NCBI GenBank assembly: GCA_020184695.1
Contig: JAANOX010000096.1
Span: 1 to 64,000 of the forward strand
From: Histomonas meleagridis 2922-C6/04-290x
Lineage: Eukaryota > Protista > Parabasalia
Direction: 5' to 3'
DNA: 64,000 nt
Part shown: positions 10,544-21,975 of the stretch, in pieces
How positions within the stretch are numbered: position 1 is the first letter of the stretch
How the letters are laid out: each line of letters starts with the position of its first letter
Translations under genes and position numbers: made by a program
Notes under the pieces: model-generated
What the model saw: the letters and a program-made list of their open reading frames with translations, nothing else
What the model was told of the DNA's origin: nothing
Databases searched by the model: none

Positions 10544-12411
10544 TCAAACGAATGCTATGAATGCGCACACGGCTTTTCCATCCACATTCTTTGCATATAC
10601 TCCATACACTCCATCTCCGTCGCCACTATACGTCACCACTCCGCCGGGAACCAGCATCATCGATTTTTTCATGTCCATCAATTTCATGTACAGTTCGCTG
10701 AACTCTTGATATAGCTTATTACCTTTTGCCTTATATGTTCCATCGCTTACGACGAATTCTCCGATTGTATCCGCCGAATCATTTTTGTCAGTAATTTCGA
10801 TATCATTTTCATTATAAAAATGCGAATGCGTAACAAACATTACCATTCCGACGTCGCATCCAACTACGCCACATTTCACGAAACCATTTATTTCGTCTTT
10901 TTCTTTCCCTCCATCATCAGAGTAAATTTGATTTGGTATATCATCAATTAAATTTACATATTTTTCATGTACAATAATCAAATGACTTACAGAGTAACTT
11001 TGCTTCTTAATTAATGGAATCCATTTACCACCCAAACAGTGATTAACTTTTGTAGTTTCTTCAAAATTAACAAATATTTCACCAGGATCAATCGCTAAAA
11101 GTATTTCGTCATCCATTAAATCGATTGTTTTTTCAGGTATTGGAACTTTCCATCTCGTAGGCCTTGGTTTGTTATCAGTATTAACATTATTATACACCAA
11201 CGAAACAATTCCCATCCAAAAAATACATTTACGTGAGAATCCAATACATGCAAATGCATTTGAAGTTGTAAATTGAACTTGCGTTGAAACGATTGTAAGA
11301 TTCGTCGGATAATTAACACTTCCAGCTAAAAGTTCATTGTCACCAAAACTTTGATAATAACAAAAAATCGGCGCGCCAACACGAGATAATATATAATATT
11401 CATCAACTTCTTCATAATTTGGTGCCCTTAATTCGAATGGTACATCACCAGTGCCTTTTATGATTCGATAACGATTAAATGGCGTAACTGGTAAATAATT
11501 AATATATCCATCTTTACTAATCTTAGTAAACCCTTCTTCTGAGTCGGGAATATATTGCGTACATTCATTAGCATATGTTGGAGTTTCATACGTATAATCG
11601 GTAAGAGTGAATTTAAGATCTGATATTTTGCTGATGAACATGTGATAATTTTCCTTATTGGATTCTGAGGAGACTACAATTAAAAGACGCTCAGCAGATA
11701 TTGTCGAAAGACATCTCAAATAAAAATTTTCGAAAATTGGTATTTCTTTTTCAACATCGAAAAGTTGATGAGTGATCGGATTGTAAAGGTTAAGCCCAAG
11801 TTTCTTACGTGGGAAATCAGTGCCAACTTCGTCCTTTTGGAATAAAATACCTTTACTGGGAATTGGTGTTATATTGGGATCAAATATTTTGGAATTTTCA
11901 TCAACACATTGGATAATTAATACATCAGTTTGTCGCTCGATTCGAAATAGATAATTATATAGTACAATATAGTTTTGTCCTTCAAAGGTTTGCGCTATTA
12001 TATATGGAGATGGATGTCGTGGCATGGAGATGTTGAATACAAATGGTTTACCAGCTGATGTCAAGAATGAAATTTTGGGGTTAATATCAGAATCAGCTGT
12101 CGAAAATAAAATATTATACATTCAATGGGAAATTGCTGAGTCTTGGTTATTGTATCTTTATCCTTAACCAAAGCAAAATATGTTGTATTATCACGATTTT
12201 GAACAAAAATTTTACCATATAGAATTTTCATATTGTTTGGTAATAACACTTGATTTGAGTCAAAAAACATTGGTTTTTGTTCTTGGAAAATTGGAATTTT
12301 GTTTGTGATGTTTTTCATATCGCAATTTTGTTGTTGGTTATCTCTATTCACGTATTTAAATTCACAATTGTCTTCGATTATTTCTCCGAAAGCAGTAAAG
12401 TGGCTTTCCAT
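10544..12411 (-). CDS. Hypothetical protein (~614 aa) with a predicted 23-nt GT-AG intron at 12119-12097
   Basis: ORFs 12061..12411 and 10544..12121 overlap in different frames. Removing GTATAATATTTTATTTTCGACAG fuses them (..FPIE-S-DSDINPK..) into 615 codons. Function not recognised. Confidence 0.6.
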
Positions 12412-12930
12412 AATAATTAAAAAATAATTCGTGAACTCACATTTGTGAAAGAAATTATAAACGGATATTGGGACACCCTATTGGAGTTATAAACAAACCC
12501 TCTCAAAAAATTATCAGGAACCAACTGTTACCCAAGGACGGCTTACAAGGAAAAAAAGTCAACAAATTTTTATATATAAATTTTAATATTATAATAAACA
12601 TTCTTCAGAGCGCTTATTTTAAATTGTTTTTGGTTAGAAATAATTTGTATATAAAATATTTTTATTGCGATCGTAATAAGAAAGAGACACATCCGTATAA
12701 AATAGCTCGGCCACTGTGGCCAGATTTGGTAATAGTTGGTATGCATTGCTGTTTAGATTGTTTTCATATGTGATTTGAACGGCAAATCCAGCACAAAATG
12801 CACTTTTATCTTTCTGCTGCCTTTTTCTTGTACACCATTACACAAACCAAAAACTTCTCATTCCAATATATTTGCATTGGCTCTGTAATTCGTAACATAA
12901 AATTTTTTCATTTATTTAGGTGCATGATGT

Positions 12931-15900
12931 TTATTCAAGTAGTCCAGTAATTCTTAAGTGTCTAATTATTGGCTGTACGAAAGACAGTGCCCAATTCATC
13001 GAGTTATTTTCCAAGCTGTTCACTGCGCAAAACTTTGCCAACTTCGATTCACCGTTCACATCAAAATCGACATCTTTCACTTTTTGAATCTTTCTTCCGA
13101 TGTTTGTTGCGAAGTACAATCTCTCGTGCCTCAGAGTCGCGATTATCGCCGCAGCGCATAACATTACTCCTTCGCCGAAAGTAGCAAATGGAGAAGCCAC
13201 TTGTGACGATCGAAATGCTTCCATATGGACAAATGTAAACTCTAAAACAGACCAAACAGCAGCAAAACCTGTTAAAGATGGGAAATCTAAAACAGTTTTA
13301 CTTTTCTCTTCGAAAATCCCTTTCTTGTTCGCGAGATTTCGCGATACAGAACTTAATAATAATGAGACAACTGTTGGAAATGAGTCTTTGCTTGATGGAA
13401 TAGGATTTTGATTACCTAATGAAATCGCTAATGACTGACCATACATTTGGTTTAAGTCAATGTGATACTTGCCGTCAAGTCCTAAGCCTTTGAAGTAGCT
13501 TATGACTTGGGCACGTGTCATTTTCTTATTTGATATTGCAATATCAAGTAAATAGGCTGATGCTATAACATTGCCCACCGCACGCATTTCTCGGAATAGG
13601 TCTTGAACATCGTTGTCATATGTGAAGTAAGAATATGCTCCTTCAAATCGATCAAAGATTACTTGACCTGTGGCCGATATAGACGGGTCTGCGATACGAC
13701 GAATGGTAACTTTCTGTAAAAGTTTTTCATAAGAATTGGCAAACTTTGAAAAGATTGTATCGAAATCAGTGCATATCATTTGTATCGCACATGTAATAGT
13801 ACCCATATCTAAAAGACGTGCAAAATGACAAAAGTGTTGAACTGTTATAAGTTTTGCTGTTGGTTCAAGGGCTGTTTTTAAGATTTTTGCAAGATTTCCT
13901 TTACCAAATGGAATTGATGGTAATGGCTTATAATCTATAGGCACTAATCTAAGTGGGCAAGTCCTAAGGAAATACTTTGATGATACTTTATGTGTAATAT
14001 ATTTTATCATTGAAACCATAAAGCTAGAAACAAAAGAAGTAGGTGTAGTATCACCTAACGCCACCTTCAAAAGGCTATTATAGTCCGTTAATGCTAAGCC
14101 TTGTTCACATAAAAGCCTATGAGTTTCTCGAATGATTTCAAGGCCTTTAGAAACCGCCACCATCGTTGAGAGGCCGTTTGTTGCTGCAGTTTTAATCAAT
14201 TTTTGAATTGCGTCATTCATTTGCTCCTCTATCGGCTGCACGATAAGAGATTTTACGTCAATTTGTCTGCAGTGTAAATAAAACTGATTTTGTTGTAACA
14301 AATTTGTGAGACGATACGCTCTTGATTCAGGCCATTGTAACTGGCTATCGTTCTTAATTTTCTTAGCGAATTCATCTGGCAAAAATCTAATTGAAGCGTA
14401 AGATTTGAATGCTGTAAATGTAAAATCAGAAATTAATAAAGTTAACGTATGCATACAAATATCGGCTTCAGCCTTAATTTCGTCCAATAAAAACTTCGAT
14501 TTAATTTGTTGTTGAGCTCTATGTGCAGCGTCATCATAAATACCGATTGGATAAAATATCATTTCGGTCAATTCTGGGACCATATAATTAGTTAAAGCGT
14601 ATTCACATAACACATAAGGTAATGAACTACGTACAGGAAATGTTATTACCTTATTAAGATCCAACTGTACTTCTTTAAAGAACAAATCCGATTGATCACT
14701 TAACAGATCAATTAATTGCCCAAATTGCATCAAGTCGCACCAATACAATGAGTTATTCAAAAACGTTTGTAACATATCAATTGATTTATCTTTTCCAATG
14801 TTCTTTTTAATCGGAGCCATTTCGGATGTTGGGTTTAATAAATGTTGGATTTGGATACGTAAAAACTCTACTGATGATGGAGAAGGTGAAGATTTCTTAT
14901 ATACACTTTCATCTTTCGATGATTGCGTTTGTTTAGATTTCGATGATTTCTTATTTTCATCTGGCTCTAAGATATCTCCAAGTAATTCACGTAATGATTG
15001 GAAGACACTCTTTAAGTCTTTATCTGATTTTTGTGGCAAATGTTTTATGATATAATCACAATCATTACGTATGAAACTTTGGAAGATTTCATTGAAGTAA
15101 TTACTTAAGATTCGATATATTGTTTCTGATGCTTGACGTAATTGATCACTTAATGATCGCCATAACATTAATAATTGTAATAATAATTGGATCTCTTCTT
15201 CACTATAGCCTTTACGCATTGACTTCTCAAAGGTACTACTAATCTCAGGGACAATTGGTGGATTCGCTAATTTATAAGCAAGTTGTTCGCGTAAGATGTT
15301 TTTCGTTGATCCAATTTCTTTGATAACTGTTAATACGATCTCATATAACTTCTGTGGAGTGATCTTCTTGCTTTCGGCATTTGCTATTTCAGTGGGGAAA
15401 TTGGATAACAATTTGGTTAATGTGCTTTTGACTGGTTCTTGTTCTTCAAGTTTGAGTTGTAATTTGGCTGATCGAAATGCTGGAACAGACTTGCATAAAT
15501 CACTGATACTAATGCTAACTTCATACGCTAATGGGATAAGAGGATGTTTGTTGGACTGTGAAATTAAAAATTGAATGGTTTTGGTATCACTATCATTAAA
15601 TTTGACAATGAATGATAAGAAACGTAAGTACGCAAATAACATCTCTGGGCGAAGATATTGACGCTTCTCAATGGCATTTGTAATATAATTGGCCAATATG
15701 GAGCCGATGGCTTGCTTCTCAGATTTGGGTTTATTGCTAGTTTTAGATAAGATGGCTGTGTCTAAGTAATTTCTAGATGGCATCCAGGTTCGAATCTCTG
15801 ATAGATTTGTATCATTAAATTCATTTCCTTTGGCCATGTTCTTAAAGTTGGTTAAATCATTAACCAATGATGTTTTGACAAGTTTGATTTCGTCAATGGC

Positions 15901-16407
15901 TGATACTTTATAAAAAAATTCACACATACTATCAATAAGTTGATCAGAATATTTCCCAGTGGACCAGAAAGAATTATAATCAAGAAGTTGTTGCATTGTG
16001 GTGACAGATTCAATCATGAAATTCATGGTTTCATTACAAAGTGCTAATATTTCTTCATAATATGGCTTTGCAGCATTCATAATTGTACTGTCCACTTTCT
16101 TCCTTTTGATAAAAGCAGTGATAGCATTTGAATAGCATCTTCGTGAGTATAATTTATTAATCATTACATCAGCTTGAGCTATTTTTTGAGAAAGTTTCTT
16201 GATAAGAGTTAGTGTTGATTTAGCTGTAAGGTTTGGTATATCTGCTTCATAGATCATATGATGTGCATAAGTTTCATTTGGAAAATCAACAAAAACAGCT
16301 GATGGTACAGATTTAGCAGTTGTGTCGAGCAAAGGAATTACACCAAGGTCATCCCATGATTCAACAAATGCACGAGAAGGGAGTTTGATTCCGTTGTTCG
16401 AGGACAT
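12931..16407 (-). CDS. CYFIP: CYFIP/Sra1/PIR121 (WAVE regulatory complex subunit)
   Basis: 1158 aa. DLFFKEVQLDLNKVITFPVRSSLPYVLCEYAL..YPIGIYDDAAHRA..FLLDEIKAEADIC matches the CYFIP core; C-terminal FGEGVMLCAAAIIATL. Confidence 0.9.
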   Translation of the reverse strand: MSSNNGIKLPSRAFVESWDDLGVIPLLDTTAKSVPSAVFVDFPNETYAHHMIYEADIPNLTAKSTLTLIKKLSQKIAQADVMINKLYSRRCYSNAITAFIKRKKVDSTIMNAAKPYYEEILALCNETMNFMIESVTTMQQLLDYNSFWSTGKYSDQLIDSMCEFFYKVSAIDEIKLVKTSLVNDLTNFKNMAKGNEFNDTNLSEIRTWMPSRNYLDTAILSKTSNKPKSEKQAIGSILANYITNAIEKRQYLRPEMLFAYLRFLSFIVKFNDSDTKTIQFLISQSNKHPLIPLAYEVSISISDLCKSVPAFRSAKLQLKLEEQEPVKSTLTKLLSNFPTEIANAESKKITPQKLYEIVLTVIKEIGSTKNILREQLAYKLANPPIVPEISSTFEKSMRKGYSEEEIQLLLQLLMLWRSLSDQLRQASETIYRILSNYFNEIFQSFIRNDCDYIIKHLPQKSDKDLKSVFQSLRELLGDILEPDENKKSSKSKQTQSSKDESVYKKSSPSPSSVEFLRIQIQHLLNPTSEMAPIKKNIGKDKSIDMLQTFLNNSLYWCDLMQFGQLIDLLSDQSDLFFKEVQLDLNKVITFPVRSSLPYVLCEYALTNYMVPELTEMIFYPIGIYDDAAHRAQQQIKSKFLLDEIKAEADICMHTLTLLISDFTFTAFKSYASIRFLPDEFAKKIKNDSQLQWPESRAYRLTNLLQQNQFYLHCRQIDVKSLIVQPIEEQMNDAIQKLIKTAATNGLSTMVAVSKGLEIIRETHRLLCEQGLALTDYNSLLKVALGDTTPTSFVSSFMVSMIKYITHKVSSKYFLRTCPLRLVPIDYKPLPSIPFGKGNLAKILKTALEPTAKLITVQHFCHFARLLDMGTITCAIQMICTDFDTIFSKFANSYEKLLQKVTIRRIADPSISATGQVIFDRFEGAYSYFTYDNDVQDLFREMRAVGNVIASAYLLDIAISNKKMTRAQVISYFKGLGLDGKYHIDLNQMYGQSLAISLGNQNPIPSSKDSFPTVVSLLLSSVSRNLANKKGIFEEKSKTVLDFPSLTGFAAVWSVLEFTFVHMEAFRSSQVASPFATFGEGVMLCAAAIIATLRHERLYFATNIGRKIQKVKDVDFDVNGESKLAKFCAVNSLENNSMNWALSFVQPIIRHLRITGLLE

Positions 16408-16993
16408 TTTACTTGTTGTTACAGTTAGGAAAAAATGTCAAAATCGATCGTTTTTCTCATAAATATTTGACAATCGTTTTTGAAAAAGTATATTTTATTT
16501 CACGGTTTATTGCTGATGATCCTTTTCTCAATTTTTTATTTGGGTGTTTTATGCCCAAGCAGAAGATGCCTTAAGTTTCTGCATTAAGAAATTTTTCGAG
16601 ATAACTTTATTAATTTATATCTTCTTAATAAAAAAACATTGTTATCATTCTTTATCCAATTGTTAACTTTAATGGAAAATTTAATATATCATGTAATATA
16701 TTTGTTAGACTAAAAACAAGACACACAAAGTAAGAAATAATTTTGTAATTTAAAAAAAATTAGAGATGTATTAAATACCAAATTATCGAAATTTAAACCA
16801 AAAAGCAATAAATAAGTTTCAAAAAATAATTCTTTTAAAAATTTTATGGGGAATCATACTTATTAATGTAAGATGAAGATTTCATCAAAAGGAAAAATTT
16901 GTGATCGAATGCGATCATTTTTGATTCAAAAAATATATGATATTAACGTTCGACAAGAAACTGTTGATTTGCGGTTTTGGTCGGCCTTTTGTA

Positions 16994-17752
16994 ATGGGAC
17001 ACATCATCCGAGCTCAGCGTAAAGGTAATGGTAATGTTTTCCGTGCTCATACACACCACAGGAAAGGCGCTGCCAAATTTATGCCACTTACAGCTGCCCA
17101 AAGGTCTGCTCAAATTGTTGGTGTTGTCAAAGACATCATCCATGATCCAGGAAGAGGCGCTCCACTTGCCCAACTTGTTTTCCAAAAGTCTGGTAAAGCA
17201 GGTCTTGAAAGACATCTTGTTATCGCCCCAGAAGGTATTCACACAGGTCAATTAATCCAAGTTGGTTCAACAGCCTCCCTTCATGTCGGTAACATTCTCC
17301 CACTTGGTCAAATCCCAGAAGGTGCCGAAGTTTGCAACGTTGAACATCATCCAGGAGATGGTGGTCGTTATGGCCGTTGCTCAGGCGATTCATGCCGCGT
17401 TATCACACACAACGATGATGGTTACACACGTGTCCAACTCCCATCCGGCCGTAAAGTTGTTGTTTCTAGCAATTGCCGCGCATGCCTTGGTGTTGTATCT
17501 GGTGGCGGTCGTCTCGAAAAGCCACTCCTTAAGGCCGGTACAGTTGCACACAAATACGCCGCAAAGAGGAAGGCATGGCCAGTTGTCCGTGGTACAGCAA
17601 TGAACCCAGTCGATCACCCATACGGTGGTGGTTCACATCAACACATCGGTAAGCCATCAACAGTATCACGTAATGCTCGCCCAGGTCAAAAGGTCGGTCT
17701 CGTAGCTGCCCGTCGTACTGGTCGTAGGAGGGGTACAATTTCAGTTGTCTAA
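16994..17752 (+). CDS. RPL8: 60S ribosomal protein L8 (uL2)
   Basis: [51 protein letters not shown]; highly biased codon usage. Confidence 0.98.
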   Translation: MGHIIRAQRKGNGNVFRAHTHHRKGAAKFMPLTAAQRSAQIVGVVKDIIHDPGRGAPLAQLVFQKSGKAGLERHLVIAPEGIHTGQLIQVGSTASLHVGNILPLGQIPEGAEVCNVEHHPGDGGRYGRCSGDSCRVITHNDDGYTRVQLPSGRKVVVSSNCRACLGVVSGGGRLEKPLLKAGTVAHKYAAKRKAWPVVRGTAMNPVDHPYGGGSHQHIGKPSTVSRNARPGQKVGLVAARRTGRRRGTISVV

Positions 17753-18390
17753 ACAACGAATCACATTCCTCGTTTCAAGTTTTTTAGCACAAAGAACAAA
17801 AACATTCTCATGGTTTTTGGCTGCATTAATTAATTGAACTAAACGAATTTTCAAGTATATAATATTTCATTATCACACCACAAAATATTAAAGTGTATTC
17901 AGAGAAATCATTATTTCTTTGATAAAAAAATTCTTTTTTGTTCTTTTTGTTCCACATTCAAGAAGACACTGAAATCCATCGTTTTAACTTTTTGATATAT
18001 CTCATATAATATTTTCTTCGTCAATTGAATTCTTAAGAAATCTTCTTGAATATTAAAGGATCCTTATATATAAGGATTTTTATTATATAAAAGTGGTAAA
18101 AATTGAAGTTAAATCGATCGTTTTCAACTCAAAATATCGTTTATATTACAAAAAAGTGACAGCTCAAAAATTGAAACAACATGATAAATTACCATTACTA
18201 TTTAATACTTTATGGATATTATTCATAAGGATTTTCCTTTTGGGAAATATTTACATCAATGTGATTACAAAAGTCATATCCATACACAGTATAAAATTCA
18301 CCCAATGTAAGTAACGAATCAATCACAAAACATTTCTCCAATTTTCATCTCCACTTAAAAAATATTTTTTTTCTATAACGAAATATTTAT

Positions 18391-19935
18391 TTAATTATTG
18401 TAAGTTACATCGAGTGTTCCGCATTTCTCATTTATTACAGTTTTCACTCCATGCTGAGCAGCACTTCTAATCATCATTTTCCATGTTTCCTTTTTATTAA
18501 TTAGTTTTTGCATCTCATGTTGTTCTTGCGCTTTCATTGTTTTACTAAAAGCGTTAAAAACAGCTTGAGACGTTTCCATGCAAATTCTAATTACCGAAAC
18601 AGCTAAGTTCTTTATTCCTGTATTCCAATGATTTGTTCCTGCTTGATATAAATATGGACAAATTATTGGAAAGATTTCCTTCGCGTGTAAAGTAGTCAAT
18701 TGCACAAATTTGTCATTTTTCCACATTAACATCGCGGCTTCGCTCACTTGGAAGTTATTTGAAGTTATAGACTTACCAATTTGATGAAACAAAGGGTCAA
18801 TTAGTTCAACAAATTGTTCCTCGTTAGCCATTTCTAAGATTTTACCAAGTTGATTGATAAATAATAATTCTTTATATGAACATGATACAGGCCAAAGCTT
18901 TAAAAGCTCTTTAATTATGATGGGAATTAAGGTGGAGTCTTTTTGGATATATTGCATCACACAAAAAAAGAGATTCGGGGCAAATAAATGTAAGTAATAT
19001 GAAGTATGTAATGGTAATAATATCTTAATTAAGAATGTCTTATGCTCTTGCTTTAATGGAATGGCATAACCTTTGATGATTGAGACCATGATTTCTAATA
19101 ATTCAGTAATCCCACAAAAATAACGAGTTTCATATATGTAGGTGTAAAAGACATTTGTAATGGCTTGACGAATCAATGGGCGTTGTTGGATGAACTTATG
19201 ATAAAGTCGATGTAAAATCATCTTTAACGCATCTCGTTCACGTTGATCAGCGGCATTAAATAGCAATAAAAACTGTGATATAAATGAGGAATCTATGTAT
19301 TGGACAAATTGTGATGGATCCATTAGGGATGATTCAAGAAATCTTTGGAAGATTTGATAAACAACTTCAAGATGTGGCCATGTGGATTCATATATGGTAT
19401 CTTTGATGTCGTCACCAATCATTGGGATTTTAACTAAGTCAGGAATAGGTGATATGGCTCGAATTATATTGGATTTGATCATGGCAAAAAACATTTTAAA
19501 TGTTTCAGGTTCAAACAATTTGAAATATTTGGGTTGAGAGATACAATCGAGAATTTCATGAAGATATCCAAGTTTGATTTTTCGATTTTTTAAATCTGAC
19601 ATAGGATCCGAAAAATTACAAATGATTCGACATTGCTGCAGCTTCTTACGCATAAGGTCATTAAATTTGTCTTCTGTAACCGAAGAAATTAATGGTAAAT
19701 CTTCAATTTGACCATAATCTTCAGTAGAATATGTTGAGGGGAAAGATCGTTGAAGACCTATCTCCTGGATCATATCAGAGCGTGGAGTTGACATGACCGT
19801 GCGATTTTTGAGAATTTGATTAGCTTGATTTGTTGCATTGTTCCCTGATGCAAGACGTGTTGACTTTGATTTGGAATCTTTTGTACTTTTCGCTGTGATG
19901 ATTTTTCGAGAACTTGGCGTAGGTCGTGGAGGCAT
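18391..19935 (-). CDS. PP2A regulatory subunit B56/B-prime
   Basis: KKLQQCRIICNFSD, WPHLEVVYQIF, ERDALKMILHRLY, ELLEIMVSIIKGYAIPLKQEHK, NFQVSEAAM, HWNTGI. Confidence 0.95.
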   Translation of the reverse strand: MPPRPTPSSRKIITAKSTKDSKSKSTRLASGNNATNQANQILKNRTVMSTPRSDMIQEIGLQRSFPSTYSTEDYGQIEDLPLISSVTEDKFNDLMRKKLQQCRIICNFSDPMSDLKNRKIKLGYLHEILDCISQPKYFKLFEPETFKMFFAMIKSNIIRAISPIPDLVKIPMIGDDIKDTIYESTWPHLEVVYQIFQRFLESSLMDPSQFVQYIDSSFISQFLLLFNAADQRERDALKMILHRLYHKFIQQRPLIRQAITNVFYTYIYETRYFCGITELLEIMVSIIKGYAIPLKQEHKTFLIKILLPLHTSYYLHLFAPNLFFCVMQYIQKDSTLIPIIIKELLKLWPVSCSYKELLFINQLGKILEMANEEQFVELIDPLFHQIGKSITSNNFQVSEAAMLMWKNDKFVQLTTLHAKEIFPIICPYLYQAGTNHWNTGIKNLAVSVIRICMETSQAVFNAFSKTMKAQEQHEMQKLINKKETWKMMIRSAAQHGVKTVINEKCGTLDVTYNN

Positions 19936-20056
19936 AAGTGTTTTGAATCTCAGAAAAGTTTATAACGATAAAAAACGTTTAGATGACACTTTTTTACAGT
20001 TGGTCGAGATGTCTATAGTTCACTTTAATAGTTTTTCTCATTTATTTCTTCGAGTT

Positions 20057-20450
20057 TGAGTCATTTTCCTTTTTGTTCAAGAAGTAATTTAACGACTTCT
20101 ATATGACCTTTCTCAGACACAATGATGTGTGCTGTTCTAAATATTTTAAATATTATTTTGAAATTCTAAATTATTAAAATAAATCCAAAATAAAACGAAA
20201 AAATATCTCTAGCAATAATATCAATTCCTTCTTGTTCAAGAAGTAGTATAACTATCTCTGTATGGCCATTTTGTGGTGCTAAAATAAGTGCTGTTTGAAA
20301 TAATTTAAATAATTTCCAAATATTATTTTTAAATATTAAATTATTTTATTTGGAAATTTTTTTAATTATTTAATACAGCACTCATAATGGCTTCTTCAAA
20401 TGGTTATACAGAAATAGTTAAATTATTTCATGAAAAAAAAATCAGATGAA
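20057..20450. pseudogene. Two head-to-head ankyrin-repeat fragments with 17-nt elements
   Basis: Minus strand: elements at 20334-20318, 20314-20298, 20204-20188, 20184-20168 and 20164-20148 around TALILAPQNGHTEIVILLLEQEGIDIIARD. Plus strand: gga [20355-20371] aat TALIMASSNGYTEIVKLF. Confidence 0.75.
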
Positions 20451-20669
20451 AAATGTTAAAAAAACAAAAAAAGCAAAAACTCATACTTCTCCTAAGCTTC
20501 ATCATTTATAATATAACAAAATACATATACACATCTGATTTCATAAATAATTATTCAGATTTAACTAGTTTATATTTAAACGTTCTTAGGGCAGGTACCA
20601 AACAGTGTTTACATAAAAGTGACACTTTGTTGGCACCTTTTTATCGTTGATGAACTTCACTTGTATTTG

Positions 20670-21287
20670 ATGCCTCCGAAGAAAGGTTTGTCCAGAGATG
20701 AAAAACTTATTGCAATACAGGACTTAATGATGGAGTCTAAAGATGTTTGGTCATTAAAAGAACTTGAAAAAGAATGTCCGAGAAAAAAAAGTATTAGTGC
20801 AATGCTTGTAAAAGATATAGTTCAAGAACTATGTGATACTGATATGATTTCATCTGATAAAATTGGAAGTGGAAATTTTTATTGGTGCTTTCCATCAGAA
20901 GCATTTAATAGAAGAAAAGTACAAGAAAACCAACTTCTAGAAAGAATAAATGGTTACGAGCAAGAAATAGCAAGCATGCAACAGGAGATAATACAATTGG
21001 AACCAGGAAGAGAAGATTGTGATGAAAGAACAAATTTGAATACAGAAATTGCAAAAATTCAAGCAGAAATTGAACAGCTTAACCAGGAAATATCCAAATA
21101 CTCAAAACTTAATCCAGAAAGCATCAAAGAAAAACAAAGATTATCAATTGTTGCCTTTGATGCCGCAAACCGGTGGACAGATAACATTTTTTCCATAAAG
21201 TCATGGTGCACCAAGAAGTTCAATCTTCAATCAGCTGATTTCGACAAATCATTTGAAATTCCTGAAGATTTTGATTATCTTGAATAA
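20670..21287 (+). CDS. MND1: Meiotic nuclear division protein 1
   Basis: MPPKKGLSRDEK..WSLKELEK..LVKDIVQELCD..DKIGSGNFYWCFPS, a coiled coil, then AANRWTDNIFSIKSW. Inr TCACT at 20657-20661. Confidence 0.95.
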   Translation: MPPKKGLSRDEKLIAIQDLMMESKDVWSLKELEKECPRKKSISAMLVKDIVQELCDTDMISSDKIGSGNFYWCFPSEAFNRRKVQENQLLERINGYEQEIASMQQEIIQLEPGREDCDERTNLNTEIAKIQAEIEQLNQEISKYSKLNPESIKEKQRLSIVAFDAANRWTDNIFSIKSWCTKKFNLQSADFDKSFEIPEDFDYLE

Positions 21288-21975
21288 ATGGCTAACCTGT
21301 TTTTTAAATGTTTGTACATTTTTATTGATATTTTTACTTATAATTTTGTTATGAAATAAATCTTGAAACGTGCGTTTGAAGGGAAAACGCCTTCAATGTG
21401 ACTACGCCATAAAATCAGTCAACTACATAGTAATGAAATCAATAATTGTCAATACGTTCTTGTGGAAGCAAAAGCAAATCAACAATCTGAAAACCGTTTT
21501 GGACAAAAAAGCGCTATCGTCGTTTGAAAATTGTAATATCAATTGGAATTCATGAATAGAGAATTCAAAGCAGTTAACCGTATTATTGTTCTGAAAATCA
21601 ATTATCGTTAATAGAATTTCCTATCGGCTATCCACCTTCTTAGTAGTGGATAAGTTCATACGAAATCTCTTATTGAATGTCATTTATGTTAATATTTTTC
21701 AATTCCAGAACGAAAAGAAATCATAAATGATTCAAATTTGTATGTTAAAGTTTACATGATATCAATTCGTAAACATCAAATGAAAACATGCGATTCGTGA
21801 ATGCTTCTGCACTAAAAACTTTACATTTTCGGAAACAACAGCACCGCCGTCCCAAACTTCCATCTGCAGCACCACAGCGCACTTATGACACATTGCAATG
21901 GAACCAAATTTCATTCTCTCGAACTGATGTTGAATTGTTCGGCATAACTCGGACAAAAGTTCAGACATTTCATGT

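Noticed and set aside
12958-15574. Numerous short antisense or alternative-frame ORFs over CYFIP, RPL8, G6PD, CTU1 and others
   Set aside because: They are shadow ORFs of real genes with no independent motifs.
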